From positions 14,064 through 78,063 of the forward strand of contig CAZENU010000004.1 in the NCBI GenBank assembly GCA_964513735.1: a stretch of 64,000 nt of DNA, in the 5' to 3' direction. Shown in pieces: positions 26,899-36,324 of the stretch (the stretch's first letter is position 1; every line of letters begins with the position of its first letter). The position numbers were made by a program, and so were the translations under genes. The DNA is from an uncultured Dehalococcoidia bacterium (lineage in GTDB: Bacteria > Chloroflexota > Dehalococcoidia > Lucifugimonadales > CAZENU01). The notes under the pieces were generated by a model. It was not told the DNA's origin and ran no database searches. It saw nothing but the letters and a program-made list of their open reading frames with translations.

Positions 26899-29781
26899 AT
26901 GAGCACAGTCCCACACCCGCAAATACCGCTTCCAGGGCAGCACGCTTCGCCCCTGGAGGACGCCTGGGTCGCACTGGACCTGGAGACCACCGGGCTCTCC
27001 AACGACAGCGACGAGATCATCGAGGTAGGCGCGGTCAAGTTCCAGGGCGACCGAGAGATCGAGACCTACCAGAGCCTGGTCAACCCGTACCGCGCCCTGG
27101 ACAGCTTCGTCCGCCGGTACACGGGCATCTCACAGGCCGACGTGGACGGCGCGCCGCCGTTCTCCGAGGTCGCCCCGCGGCTGGCCGCGTTCATCGGCTC
27201 CGCGCCGATCGTCGGCCACAACATTCCATTCGACCTGGACTTTCTCAAGAGCAGCGGGCTGCGACTCTCCAACCCCAGGGCCGATACCTGGGACATGGCG
27301 TACGTCCTGCTGCCCCGGAGCCGGGACTACTCCCTGGCCAAGCTGGCCGCCACTCTGGGAATCGACCATCCACGGCCACACAGGGCGATGGAGGACGCGG
27401 CGGTCACCCGCAGCGTTTTCCTGAAGCTGTTCGAGCTGGCGACGGAGCTGGACGTCTTCACCTTGGCCGAGATGGAACGCCTGGCCTCACGGTCATCGTG
27501 GGTGCTCGCGTATCTGCTACGGCAGCTAGAGCTGCACACGTTGTCCGCGGGGCCTTCCATGCCGTCTGCCACGGTACCGTCCCGCGTCGGCGTCACGGGC
27601 ATCGACGTCCCCGCGCTGAGGGCCAGGCTGCATGGCAACCGCTCGCTGCGTCCGAACCGGACGGTAAAGAGCGTGGACGCCGAGCAGGTTGCGTTCGTGC
27701 TCAGCGCGAATGGCCCGCTGTCCGAGGCCGTGGCCGGCTTCGAGGAGCGGCCCGAACAGGTCGCCATGGCCCGCGCCGTGGCCGAGGCCATCGGGCAGGG
27801 AAAGCGGCTGATGGTCGAGGCTGGCACCGGAGTCGGGAAGTCACTGGCCTACTTGGTGCCGGCTGCCATCTACGCCATAGAGAACAACGTGCGGGTTGTG
27901 GTGTCGACCAACACCATCAATTTGCAAGAGCAGCTCCTGAACAAGGACATTCCCGACGTGATCGAGGCGCTGGACGGCGTGGATGGGGTATCCGCCGTCG
28001 ACCTACGAGCGACGTTGCTGAAGGGTCGGGCCAACTACCTGTGCCTTCAGAAATGGGGACACCTGCGCTCCGGCGAAAACCTGTCCGAGGACGACGCGCG
28101 GATGCTGGCCAAGGCGTTGGTGTGGCTGCGTACGACCGCCACCGGCGACCGGGCCGAACTGAACCTGGGTCCTCGCAACGCGGCCGCGTCGTGGGAACGG
28201 CTGTCCGCCCAGGGCGCGCCTGACTGCACCGGCATGAGCGGCGTCTGCTTTCTGCGGTCGGCCAGAGAGCGGGCAGCGTCGGCGCACCTGATCGTCGTCA
28301 ACCACGCGCTGCTGATATCCGACCTGGTGGCGGGCCGGGCCCTGATACCCGACTACGACGTGCTGATCGTGGACGAGGCACACCACCTGGAAGAGGTGGC
28401 GACCAAGCAGCTAGGCTTCGAGTTGAGCCAGGCCGGCATCGACGACGCCCTACAGTCGCTGGGCGGCGATCGCGGCCTCGTCGGTTCAGCCGTGGCGGCG
28501 CTTCGAGGCTCCTCCGCCGCTCAGACCCGCCGCGAGACCATAGAGGAGGTGGCCGCAAGGGTAGCGGGCCGGCTGCCCGGCATCCGCGACAGTGTCGCGG
28601 CGCTGTTCGGCGGGCTGTCCGGAGTGCTGAACGGCCGGGACGGCGGCCGCTCGCGTAACGGACAAGAGGTGCGCGTGACGTCGTCGACTAGGGCCCAGCC
28701 GGGCTGGTCTGAGCTGGAGATCCGCTGGGAGGACACCAACGCGCTTATGGGAGAGCTCGAGCGCGACCTGTTGGCCCTTGACGCGGCCCTGGAAGGCCTG
28801 GAGGAGGCCGAGGTCGAGTCCTACGAGGGACTGGTCTCCGAGACGCGGAACGCTATCCAGGGACAGGTCGATCTGCAGGTGCGCCTCGCCGAGTTCATTC
28901 CCAAGCCCCAGCCCGACGGGGTCTACTGGGTCAGTACCGCCCGACGTACCGGGGAATTCAGCCTGCACTCGGCACCGATACACGTCGGCGAGCAGCTCGA
29001 GAAGCTGTTGTTCAGCCAGAAGCGTTCGGTGGTCCTGACGGGGGCCACGCTGAGCGCCAACGGGACATTCGACCACATGCGCGAGCGGACCGGCTTCGCG
29101 GACGCCGACGAGCTGCTGCTGGGGTCGCCGTTCGACTACCCCAATGCGGCCATGGTCTACGTGCCCGCCGACATGCCAGAGCCGAGCAACTGGGCGTACC
29201 AGGGAGCCGTCGAGCAGGCGGTCACCGATGCGGCCGTCGCCGCGGAAGGCCGCACCATGGCGCTGTTCACCTCTCATGCCGCGCTGCAGGAGACCGCCCG
29301 CGCCGTTCGTGGCGGCCTTCAGTCCCACGGTATCGAGGTGCTGGCCCAGGGAGTCGACGGACCTCCCCATCGGCTGCTGGATGCCTTTCTGGGAAACCCC
29401 AGGTCGGTCCTGCTGGGCACGTCGAGCTTCTGGGAGGGGGTAGACCTGGCAGGCGACGCCCTCAGCGTGCTGCTGCTGGCGCGGCTGCCCTTCGCCGTGC
29501 CCACCGAGCCGGTGTTCGAGGCGCGGTCCGAGCTCTTCGAGGACCCCTTCGAAGAGTACGCAGTGCCTCATGCGATAATCCGGACCCGGCAGGGCTTCGG
29601 CCGCCTGATCCGTACTAGTACCGACAGGGGCGTCGTCGTGATCCTCGACCGCCGCATCGTGTCGCGAAGGTACGGGGAGGCGTTCCTCCGTTCCCTGCCA
29701 CCGGTGACGCTCCGAAAAGGCAAGCTATACGAGCTCCCCGGGCAGGTCCGCTCGTGGCTGGCACGGGGGAGTGGGGACTAG
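26899..29781 (+). CDS. dinG: DnaQ-like 3'-5' exonuclease fused to DinG-family ATP-dependent helicase
   Basis: 960 aa. N-terminal ALDLETTGL (Exo I) and HNIPFDLDFL, P-loop EAGTGVGKS, and DEAHHLE box. Confidence 0.88.
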   Translation: MSTVPHPQIPLPGQHASPLEDAWVALDLETTGLSNDSDEIIEVGAVKFQGDREIETYQSLVNPYRALDSFVRRYTGISQADVDGAPPFSEVAPRLAAFIGSAPIVGHNIPFDLDFLKSSGLRLSNPRADTWDMAYVLLPRSRDYSLAKLAATLGIDHPRPHRAMEDAAVTRSVFLKLFELATELDVFTLAEMERLASRSSWVLAYLLRQLELHTLSAGPSMPSATVPSRVGVTGIDVPALRARLHGNRSLRPNRTVKSVDAEQVAFVLSANGPLSEAVAGFEERPEQVAMARAVAEAIGQGKRLMVEAGTGVGKSLAYLVPAAIYAIENNVRVVVSTNTINLQEQLLNKDIPDVIEALDGVDGVSAVDLRATLLKGRANYLCLQKWGHLRSGENLSEDDARMLAKALVWLRTTATGDRAELNLGPRNAAASWERLSAQGAPDCTGMSGVCFLRSARERAASAHLIVVNHALLISDLVAGRALIPDYDVLIVDEAHHLEEVATKQLGFELSQAGIDDALQSLGGDRGLVGSAVAALRGSSAAQTRRETIEEVAARVAGRLPGIRDSVAALFGGLSGVLNGRDGGRSRNGQEVRVTSSTRAQPGWSELEIRWEDTNALMGELERDLLALDAALEGLEEAEVESYEGLVSETRNAIQGQVDLQVRLAEFIPKPQPDGVYWVSTARRTGEFSLHSAPIHVGEQLEKLLFSQKRSVVLTGATLSANGTFDHMRERTGFADADELLLGSPFDYPNAAMVYVPADMPEPSNWAYQGAVEQAVTDAAVAAEGRTMALFTSHAALQETARAVRGGLQSHGIEVLAQGVDGPPHRLLDAFLGNPRSVLLGTSSFWEGVDLAGDALSVLLLARLPFAVPTEPVFEARSELFEDPFEEYAVPHAIIRTRQGFGRLIRTSTDRGVVVILDRRIVSRRYGEAFLRSLPPVTLRKGKLYELPGQVRSWLARGSGD

Positions 29782-29790
29782 GGACCAGGG

Positions 29791-30711
29791 GTGGGGACTG
29801 AGGAGAGGTCCCTTCGCCCGCAAAGGCTGAGCTTGTTCATTCCGATCGACCAACCCTTCGACCTGGAGAGCACGCTGCACAGCGGTCAGGCGTTCCGGTG
29901 GCGCTGGGACGGCGGCTGGCACCACGGCGTCGTGTTCAGCAACGTGGTCAGACTGCGTCAGGCCGAAGGCGGCCTGGAACTCTCCTGCGAGCCTGACGAC
30001 GAGGCCGCCCTCTGGCCTCTGCTGGAGGACTACCTGGGCCTGGACGTAGACCTCGCACGTGTCTACTCGGCCCTGGGCGTCGACAGCCGCCTGTGCGACG
30101 CCATCGTCCGCTACCACGGCATGCGCGTCCTGCGGCAGGATCCCTGGGAGTGCTTGGTGTCGTTCATATGCTCGTCCGCGTCCAACATCCCGCGGATTAC
30201 CCGGAACATCGAGTCGATCTGCCAGGCCTACGGCCGCCCCGTGGGGACGGGAGCAGCCATGCGTAACGCGTTCCCGACACCGGACAGGCTGTCCCGCGCC
30301 GGCGAGGCGCCGCTTCGCGCCCTGGGCCTAGGCTACCGGGGCGCCTACATCGCGGAGACGGCGGGCGCGGTCGCCGGGGGCGCCATCGACCTGATGTCGC
30401 TTAGGGAGGAGCCCTACGAGCAGGCGCTGGAGACATTGACGGACCTGGCCGGCGTCGGCGACAAGGTAGCCAACTGCGTGCTGCTGTTCTCGCTGGACAA
30501 GCTCGAGGCCTTTCCCGTAGACGTGTGGATCGACCGCGTGCTTCGGGAGTGGTACCTGGACGGCGAGGCCGAGCCCGTAGCCCAGCCGAAGATGCGGCCG
30601 TGGGCGCAGGCCCACTTCGGAGCGTACGCCGGATACGCCAACCACTATCTGTTCCACGACAGGCGGCTGCGGGGGAAGGGGCTGGGAGCGAGACGATGGA
30701 CGCAGAGCTGA
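29791..30711 (+). CDS. ogg: 8-oxoguanine DNA glycosylase/AP lyase (OGG1-type, HhH-GPD)
   Basis: HSGQAFRW N-domain, HhH-GPD LAGVGDKVANCVLLFSL with catalytic Lys, FPVDVW Asp. GTG start 10 nt after the dinG stop. Confidence 0.8.
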   Translation: MGTEERSLRPQRLSLFIPIDQPFDLESTLHSGQAFRWRWDGGWHHGVVFSNVVRLRQAEGGLELSCEPDDEAALWPLLEDYLGLDVDLARVYSALGVDSRLCDAIVRYHGMRVLRQDPWECLVSFICSSASNIPRITRNIESICQAYGRPVGTGAAMRNAFPTPDRLSRAGEAPLRALGLGYRGAYIAETAGAVAGGAIDLMSLREEPYEQALETLTDLAGVGDKVANCVLLFSLDKLEAFPVDVWIDRVLREWYLDGEAEPVAQPKMRPWAQAHFGAYAGYANHYLFHDRRLRGKGLGARRWTQS

Positions 30712-31100
30712 AGAGACGGCGGGACATCGCTCAGCAAGTCGATGCCCTGCTCGGGCCGCTTCCCGAGGTCACGGCCGTATACGTCTTTGGCTCGGTGGCA
30801 TCGGGGCACGTTGACGAACGATCGGATGTCGATATCATCTTCGTGTGTAGCCCCGAGATATTGCCGACCTCGAAACGAAAGGAGGTCCTGTCCCGGACCG
30901 GACCCCCGATGGACCTTCGACGAGGCGCCTGGCGGAAACCCGATCTGAGACTCCTGGGACAGGGGGTGGATGGACGGGGTTCTTGTCGATTCACACTACC
31001 AGACGGTGTCCGCAGTCTCTGAGGTGCTCGATGCGGTGATCAACGACGGCGCCATCACGACCGCGAGGGTGCCGTTTCGCCCGGGCACCATGGCCGTGCC
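30696..31100 (+). pseudogene. Nucleotidyltransferase-domain gene, frameshifted and 3'-truncated
   Basis: Frame 1 reads MDAELKRRRDIAQQVDALLGPLPEVTAVYVFGSVASGHVDERSDVDIIFV (GS...DxD NTase motif). The plausible continuation switches frame twice (..WTFDEAPGGNPI, then VDGVLVDSHYQTVSAVSEVLDAVINDGAITT) and then runs into the convergent SDR gene. Confidence 0.5.
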
Positions 31101-31164
31101 GGTCCGCGTCGCCAAGAAGTTCCAGGGCAACGCGCTGAAAGTCCCGCCGCGCCGCGCAGTCCCC

Positions 31165-31977
31165 CTACCGCAGGAGATCGAGCATGGCCAGCGGGCTCGT
31201 GGCCAGCAGTCCGGCGTCGACCGGTAGCGCCACGCCGGTGATCCAGCGCGCCTCGTCGCTGGCCAGGAACACAGTGGCCCATGCCACGTCCCACGCAGTA
31301 CCCTCGGTGCCCAACGGTGCCGCGCGGCGCCTGAGGTCACGCTGCTCCTCGGTCATGCTTCCCGCCACCATCGGCGTATACAGGTAGCCGGGAACGATGG
31401 CGTTGACCCTGACGTTGTCGCGCCCATGCTCCACCGCCATGGTGGTCGTCAGCGCGAGTATGCCGCCCTTGGACGCCGAGTAGGGGGCACTCTCGAAGGC
31501 GCTGCCGGACCTAAGACCCAGGAAGGACGACATGTTGATGATCGATCCGCCCTCGCCCTCGATCATCCTGGGGACGGCGTGCTTGGACGTCAGGACCATG
31601 CTCTTCAGGTTCACGTCCATGACCCTCTGCCAGTCGTCTTCATCGACGGTCACGACGTTACCTTTGACGACGATCCCTACGTTGTTGACCAGGATATCCA
31701 GGCGGCCGTAGCGATCGATGGCGGCCTGGACCATCCGCAGGCAGTCGGTGGAACTGGTCACGTCACCCTCGAACACGGACGCCACGCCGTCTTCCTCCTC
31801 GATGGATGCGAGGGTCTCCCGTGTCCGCGCGGTCTCGTTGTCCACCAGCAGCACGCGACCGCCCTCTTTTGCGAGCAGAATGGATATGGCCTTGCCGGTA
31901 CCGACGCCGGGGCCGCTGGAGCCGGCGCCGGTCACTATCGCCACCTTGCCTTCAAGTCTCGGCCTTCTCTCAGCCAT
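31165..31977 (-). CDS. SDR-family oxidoreductase
   Basis: VAIVTGAGSSGPGVGTG cofactor motif, NNVG, catalytic YSASK. Confidence 0.85.
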   Translation of the reverse strand: MAERRPRLEGKVAIVTGAGSSGPGVGTGKAISILLAKEGGRVLLVDNETARTRETLASIEEEDGVASVFEGDVTSSTDCLRMVQAAIDRYGRLDILVNNVGIVVKGNVVTVDEDDWQRVMDVNLKSMVLTSKHAVPRMIEGEGGSIINMSSFLGLRSGSAFESAPYSASKGGILALTTTMAVEHGRDNVRVNAIVPGYLYTPMVAGSMTEEQRDLRRRAAPLGTEGTAWDVAWATVFLASDEARWITGVALPVDAGLLATSPLAMLDLLR

Positions 31978-31994
31978 CCAGCACCCCTGGTCCG

Positions 31995-33035
31995 CTACGG
32001 GATGATCAGCACCAGCTTCCCGAAAAAGGTCTGGGCCTCCATATCCTCGTGGGCCTTTGCCGCCTCTTGTAGCGGGTAGGTCTTGTGTATAACGCCTCGG
32101 ATGACGCCCCGCTCAGCCATCTGCACGATACGGCTCAGATCGCCGCTGCGGCCCATGAACACTCCCAGGATGGTCTGCTGCTTGAGGAAGATCGTCCCCA
32201 TCTGCAGCTCGGCGCGGTAGCCGGACGTGACGCCGCAGATCCCGTAGCGGCCGCCCGGCGCCAGCGCCGTGGTGGCCGTGGGCCATGCGTCGGCGCCCAC
32301 GTGGTCCAGCACCACGTCGGCGCCTCGGCCTCCGGTCAGGTCCCTTACCTGTGTCGTGACGTCTTCAGTCGTGTAGTTGACCACCGCGTCGGCGCCCAAC
32401 TCGGTGGCCATGCGCGCCTTCTCGTCGGTACTGGTGGTGGCGATGACCGTCGCGCCGACCACGTTCTTGGCCACCTGGATTGCCGCGGTGCCGACTCCGC
32501 TGGACGCCGAGAGCACCAGCGCCGTCTCCCACGGCTTCAGATCGGCCTTGCGGAGCAGCAGCGACCACGAGGGCATGAACACCGTTGGCAGCGAGGCGCC
32601 CTGCTCGTAGCTCACGGAGCCGGGCAGCGGCACCGCGTTGACCGCGGGCACGCTGACGTACTCGGCGTAGCTGCCCGTCGTGGTGGAGCCGATACGCCCT
32701 GACGAGGAGCACAGCTCGTCGCTGCCCCCGGCGCACTGGGCGCACCGGCCGCAGGTCAGACGGGGGTTGATGACGACGCGGTCGCCGGGCGCTAGGCCGG
32801 TGACCGCGCTGCCGGTCTCGACCACGTCGCCCGCCGTGTCTCCGCCCAGGATGTGCGGCCCGGACAGCGCCATGCGGGTGCCCTTGACGCCGGCGCGGGT
32901 GAACAGGTCGAGCCGGTTGACGGACGTGGCCCTGACCCGGACCTTGACGTCGTTGGGGCCGACATCCGGCTCGGGCAGGTCGCCGCAGGTAAGGGCGTCG
33001 ATCCCGCCGTGCTCCTCAATGTATACCGCCTTCAT
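31995..33035 (-). CDS. Medium-chain (zinc-type) alcohol dehydrogenase/quinone oxidoreductase family protein
   Basis: 346 aa, GDRVVINP, structural-zinc-like CGRCAQC, and nucleotide-binding LSASSGVGTAAIQ. Confidence 0.8.
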   Translation of the reverse strand: MKAVYIEEHGGIDALTCGDLPEPDVGPNDVKVRVRATSVNRLDLFTRAGVKGTRMALSGPHILGGDTAGDVVETGSAVTGLAPGDRVVINPRLTCGRCAQCAGGSDELCSSSGRIGSTTTGSYAEYVSVPAVNAVPLPGSVSYEQGASLPTVFMPSWSLLLRKADLKPWETALVLSASSGVGTAAIQVAKNVVGATVIATTSTDEKARMATELGADAVVNYTTEDVTTQVRDLTGGRGADVVLDHVGADAWPTATTALAPGGRYGICGVTSGYRAELQMGTIFLKQQTILGVFMGRSGDLSRIVQMAERGVIRGVIHKTYPLQEAAKAHEDMEAQTFFGKLVLIIP

Positions 33036-33147
33036 GTCGGCCCCAACGATCGGCGCTCAGCTTCCAACAAGGGGTATCACCTCTTCAACGAATTCGTTCA
33101 TCCGGTCCACAGTCGATCGTGAGGATCGACCTGCACCGCGGGCCTCG

Positions 33148-34635
33148 CTAAGGCAGCATCGCGCGGTAGACTTCCTGGCCCTGGCGGAACAGGTCCACGA
33201 CCTCGCGGCGCTGGGCGTCTTTGTAAAACTTCCCCTTCTTGTTCACCAGATCCAGCGACGCGTCTATCTCCGCGATGAACCGGCGCGCTGCGTCCTGCGT
33301 GTGTGGCCCGTCGCCGCCCGCACGCACGTAGACCGGGCTGGTGTGCGCGAAGATGGGCTGGAGGTAGCTGTCCCGGGCCTCGCTGGACACCCGGGCGGCT
33401 ACCCAGCCGTCGTATTCCGCGACCACGTCGGCCTCCAGGCGGCCCTCGGTTGAGCCCTGGGGGTACGACTCCGACGCCACGACGGCGCCGTTGGACACGA
33501 CCTCGACGCGGCTTATAGGGTAGTGTGACTTCCAGTTGACGAGGGTGGAGAGCCGCCGTTCCGACGAGGCCTCGACCTCGGCGCCCGGCGCCTGATTGTC
33601 CACAGAGAGCGTCAGCGCGGGCCCGTTAGTGATGAAGGTTCGGCCGGCCGTCAGGGCCTCGACCCACGACTCGTAGTCGAAGGGCCCGTCGCTGTGGGCG
33701 TAGACGCGGTTGCCGGAGCACAGGAACCAGTCGGAGCCCGTCGACGCGGGCAGCCTGATCCCGGCGTTCAGCATCTGGTAGTAGATGTCGTACTCGGCGT
33801 CGGCCCAGTAGGGGTCGAACAGGTTGAACGCGTCGACCTTCCCCAGCGCAGCCGCGACCGGTGCCTCCATGCCTCGGCCATTGTGGCACCAGATCACGAT
33901 CCCGCCCTGGCGCCGGGTGTCGTCGCAGGCATACGAGAGCGGCGGGTAGTCGGGGTCGAAGGCGTCCACCAGCATCCCGCGGCTGACCGGCTCCACCACG
34001 TTGCGGATGCTGAGCAACATGATGTGGCCATACCCCATGTCGCCCTGCTCCTCGAGCCACCTCGCGCCGTGGCGGTTCTCCTCGCCGCACTGGACGTAGT
34101 GGTGGGCAGACGAGAACTCAGTGAGCATGCCCGGCGGGTACTTGTTGCTGGCGTAGTCAAGGTCCCACCGCCTGAGGACGCTGATGGCCGTCATGCGCAG
34201 ATCCTCGACCCGGGGATCGAGCCACAGGCGCTCGTCCGGCCGCTCCTCCTTCTCGTCATAGTGGATGTGGGTGTTGCCGGGGTGCCAGCCCTGGTCGCCG
34301 AGCTCCGACCACCGCTCCAGCTCGACGTCAATCGCAACCGTCCCGCGGGCGGGCATTTCCACGTCGACGACCGTGGGAACGTACTCGGTGCCGCGCTCGA
34401 CGACGACGCGGGTGAGCCCTCGGGAGACCTTCACCTCGAAGGTGCCCTCGGAGTAGAAGAAGGGGTCGCCGGTGCCGACCTTGAGGATGGAGTCCCGCGG
34501 GTGGACAAAATTCCCGCCCGAGCTTGTGACCCCGACCTTGGCCGGGATCCGCTCGCCGGTGGCCTTGTCGGTGATGGAGCCGGCCAGTGTGGCGCCTCCC
34601 GGCGAGAAGGCTAGCCGTCCGAAGGTCCTGACCAT
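33148..34635 (-). CDS. Putative metal-dependent hydrolase (CehA/McbA- or PHP-like)
   Basis: 495 aa. N-terminal carboxypeptidase-regulatory-like beta domain (GSITDKATGERIPAKV), then WHPGNTHIHYD and later CHNG/HSDG His-rich motifs. The family assignment is from memory only. Confidence 0.55.
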   Translation of the reverse strand: MVRTFGRLAFSPGGATLAGSITDKATGERIPAKVGVTSSGGNFVHPRDSILKVGTGDPFFYSEGTFEVKVSRGLTRVVVERGTEYVPTVVDVEMPARGTVAIDVELERWSELGDQGWHPGNTHIHYDEKEERPDERLWLDPRVEDLRMTAISVLRRWDLDYASNKYPPGMLTEFSSAHHYVQCGEENRHGARWLEEQGDMGYGHIMLLSIRNVVEPVSRGMLVDAFDPDYPPLSYACDDTRRQGGIVIWCHNGRGMEAPVAAALGKVDAFNLFDPYWADAEYDIYYQMLNAGIRLPASTGSDWFLCSGNRVYAHSDGPFDYESWVEALTAGRTFITNGPALTLSVDNQAPGAEVEASSERRLSTLVNWKSHYPISRVEVVSNGAVVASESYPQGSTEGRLEADVVAEYDGWVAARVSSEARDSYLQPIFAHTSPVYVRAGGDGPHTQDAARRFIAEIDASLDLVNKKGKFYKDAQRREVVDLFRQGQEVYRAMLP

Positions 34636-34729
34636 CGCAGTGCCTCCCTGGTGGAGTCCAGTGTGGCTTGGTCCGTATGCCGCGGCCGCCGCGCCTGAGG
34701 AGGAGAAGCCGGCGCGTCAGCCAACGTAG

Positions 34730-34811
34730 TGGGGAAGGCGGGACTCGAACCCGCACGCCTTTCGGCACGTGGTCCTAAACCACGCTCGTCTGCCAATTCC
34801 GACACTTCCCC
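34730..34811 (-). tRNA. tRNA-Leu (anticodon TAG)
   Basis: Minus strand reads GGGGAAGTGTCGGAATTGGCAGACGAGCGTGGTTTAGGACCACGTGCCGAAAGGCGTGCGGGTTCGAGTCCCGCCTTCCCCA. It has a 7-bp acceptor stem, anticodon stem CGTGG/CCACG with loop TTTAGGA, a long variable arm, and a GGTTCGAGTCC T-loop. Confidence 0.9.
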
Positions 34812-34893
34812 GTGTCGAGGGCGCGGCCATTATAGCCCGGCATTGCGGCGAGTGTCATTGAAGCAGTGCTGCCTGGAAAGATGACCGCGGCGG

Positions 34894-35203
34894 TCAATAC
34901 TGGCCCAGGGAGCCGCGCTTCCTGGCCACGCCCTCGGCATACTTGAAGGCGACCCAGCCTACGACTAGAAACAGCACGGAGTGCACCAGCAGGAAGGCGA
35001 GACTGCCGTCGGATCAGACGGCGTTCAACGAATGGCCCTCCAGCATGACGTCGTGGAGGACGATGATCCCTTGTGTGGTGGGCAGGGCCCTTCGCGGCGA
35101 GCTCGACGCCGTCCGGCAGCCGGTCCACTGGCAGCAGCGAGTCGTTGAGGAACAGTAGCAGGTTTGTCACCATGTTGGTCAGGGCGGGCACCCGCTTGAA
35201 CAC
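34894..35203 (-). pseudogene. ABC-2-type transporter permease remnant (C-terminal fragment, frameshifted)
   Basis: Frame 1 reads ..VPALTNMVTNLLLFLNDSLLPVDRLPDGVELAAK. A shifted frame reads ALPTTQGIIVLHDVMLEGHSLNAV*SDGSLAFLLVHSVLFLVVGWVAFKYAEGVARKRGSLGQY*. This is the typical ABC-2 permease C-terminus, interrupted by a stop and lacking the N-terminal two thirds. Confidence 0.5.
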
Positions 35204-35306
35204 GAGGGTCTCCGGCTACTCAGACGAACGCCGACGCGGTCGCACGTGGCTGCACCCCGGGCCAAGCAACCTTGAAGAGACGCGGTAGGGCCTCTGTGTA
35301 GGGAGG

Positions 35307-36275
35307 CTAGAAGCCGGCGCGCTTGTCGCAGACCCTAACGAAGGGCTCGTTGGCCAGGAACCTGCGTAGGTTCTCCTTGAAGAGCTGCTGGCGCCCCTCG
35401 TACATCTCCGGGCTGGACGCCGACGAGTGCGGCGAGATTATGGTGTTCAAGTCCCACAGCGGGCTGTCCGCGGGCAGCGGCTCGACGTCGGCCACATCGA
35501 GGCCGGCGCCGGCTATGCGCCCGGACCGAAGACCCTCAATCATGGCGTCCTCGTCGACGATGCCCCCGCGTGAGATCACGATCACGTGCGCGCCTTCTTT
35601 CAGATGCGCGAAACGCCCCGCGTCGATCATCTTGTCGGTCTCGGCGGTGTACGGGACCGCCACCACGAACCAATCGGAGATGCTCATCAGCTCGTCTAGA
35701 CGCTCGAGACCCCAGATCTCTTTGACCACGGGCGTAGGCGGTTTCGGGTGCAGGTCGACACCGTAGACGTCCATGTTGAATGCGTGGGCGCGGGTAGCCA
35801 CCGCCATACCGATCTGACCCAAGGCCAGGATGCCCATCGTCCGGCCGGCCAGCTCCGCGAAGCGGGCCGTGTAGTTGCTCCCTCCCCAGCGGCGCGCCCG
35901 CTGATCGTCCCACGCCTCGCCGAATCGGTGTGCCAGGGCGACGACCATCCCCATAACGTGGTCGGCCATGACGTTGACGTGAGGACCGGGCGAGTTAGTC
36001 AGCACTACGTCGCTTTCGACCAGCTCTGGGATCACCACAAGCCGATCGATTCCGACCCCAGGGCAGTGGATCCACTGCAGCCGGTCGGCCGCCAGGAAGA
36101 CGTCCCTGGTTATCCAGCCGAAGTAGGCGTTGGCGTCCTTGATCTCTTTCATCTGGTCCTCGACGGTGTCGACGACCTTGATGTCGACCTCGGGGAAGCT
36201 GGTCTTCAGGTCCGCGTAGAACGCGCTGTTCTCGGGCCAGATGCCTTCGGCCGGCATTGTCATCAGTAGCTTCAT
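35307..36275 (-). CDS. D-isomer-specific 2-hydroxyacid dehydrogenase family protein (paralogue 1)
   Basis: 322 aa, GILALGQIGMAVA NAD motif, SRGGIVDE, and PHSSAS catalytic His region. Confidence 0.85.
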   Translation of the reverse strand: MKLLMTMPAEGIWPENSAFYADLKTSFPEVDIKVVDTVEDQMKEIKDANAYFGWITRDVFLAADRLQWIHCPGVGIDRLVVIPELVESDVVLTNSPGPHVNVMADHVMGMVVALAHRFGEAWDDQRARRWGGSNYTARFAELAGRTMGILALGQIGMAVATRAHAFNMDVYGVDLHPKPPTPVVKEIWGLERLDELMSISDWFVVAVPYTAETDKMIDAGRFAHLKEGAHVIVISRGGIVDEDAMIEGLRSGRIAGAGLDVADVEPLPADSPLWDLNTIISPHSSASSPEMYEGRQQLFKENLRRFLANEPFVRVCDKRAGF

Positions 36276-36324
36276 TTGGGAGAGGCTCCTTCTGTCAGAG
36301 GTTGGCAGAGTATATCATCGGCCA

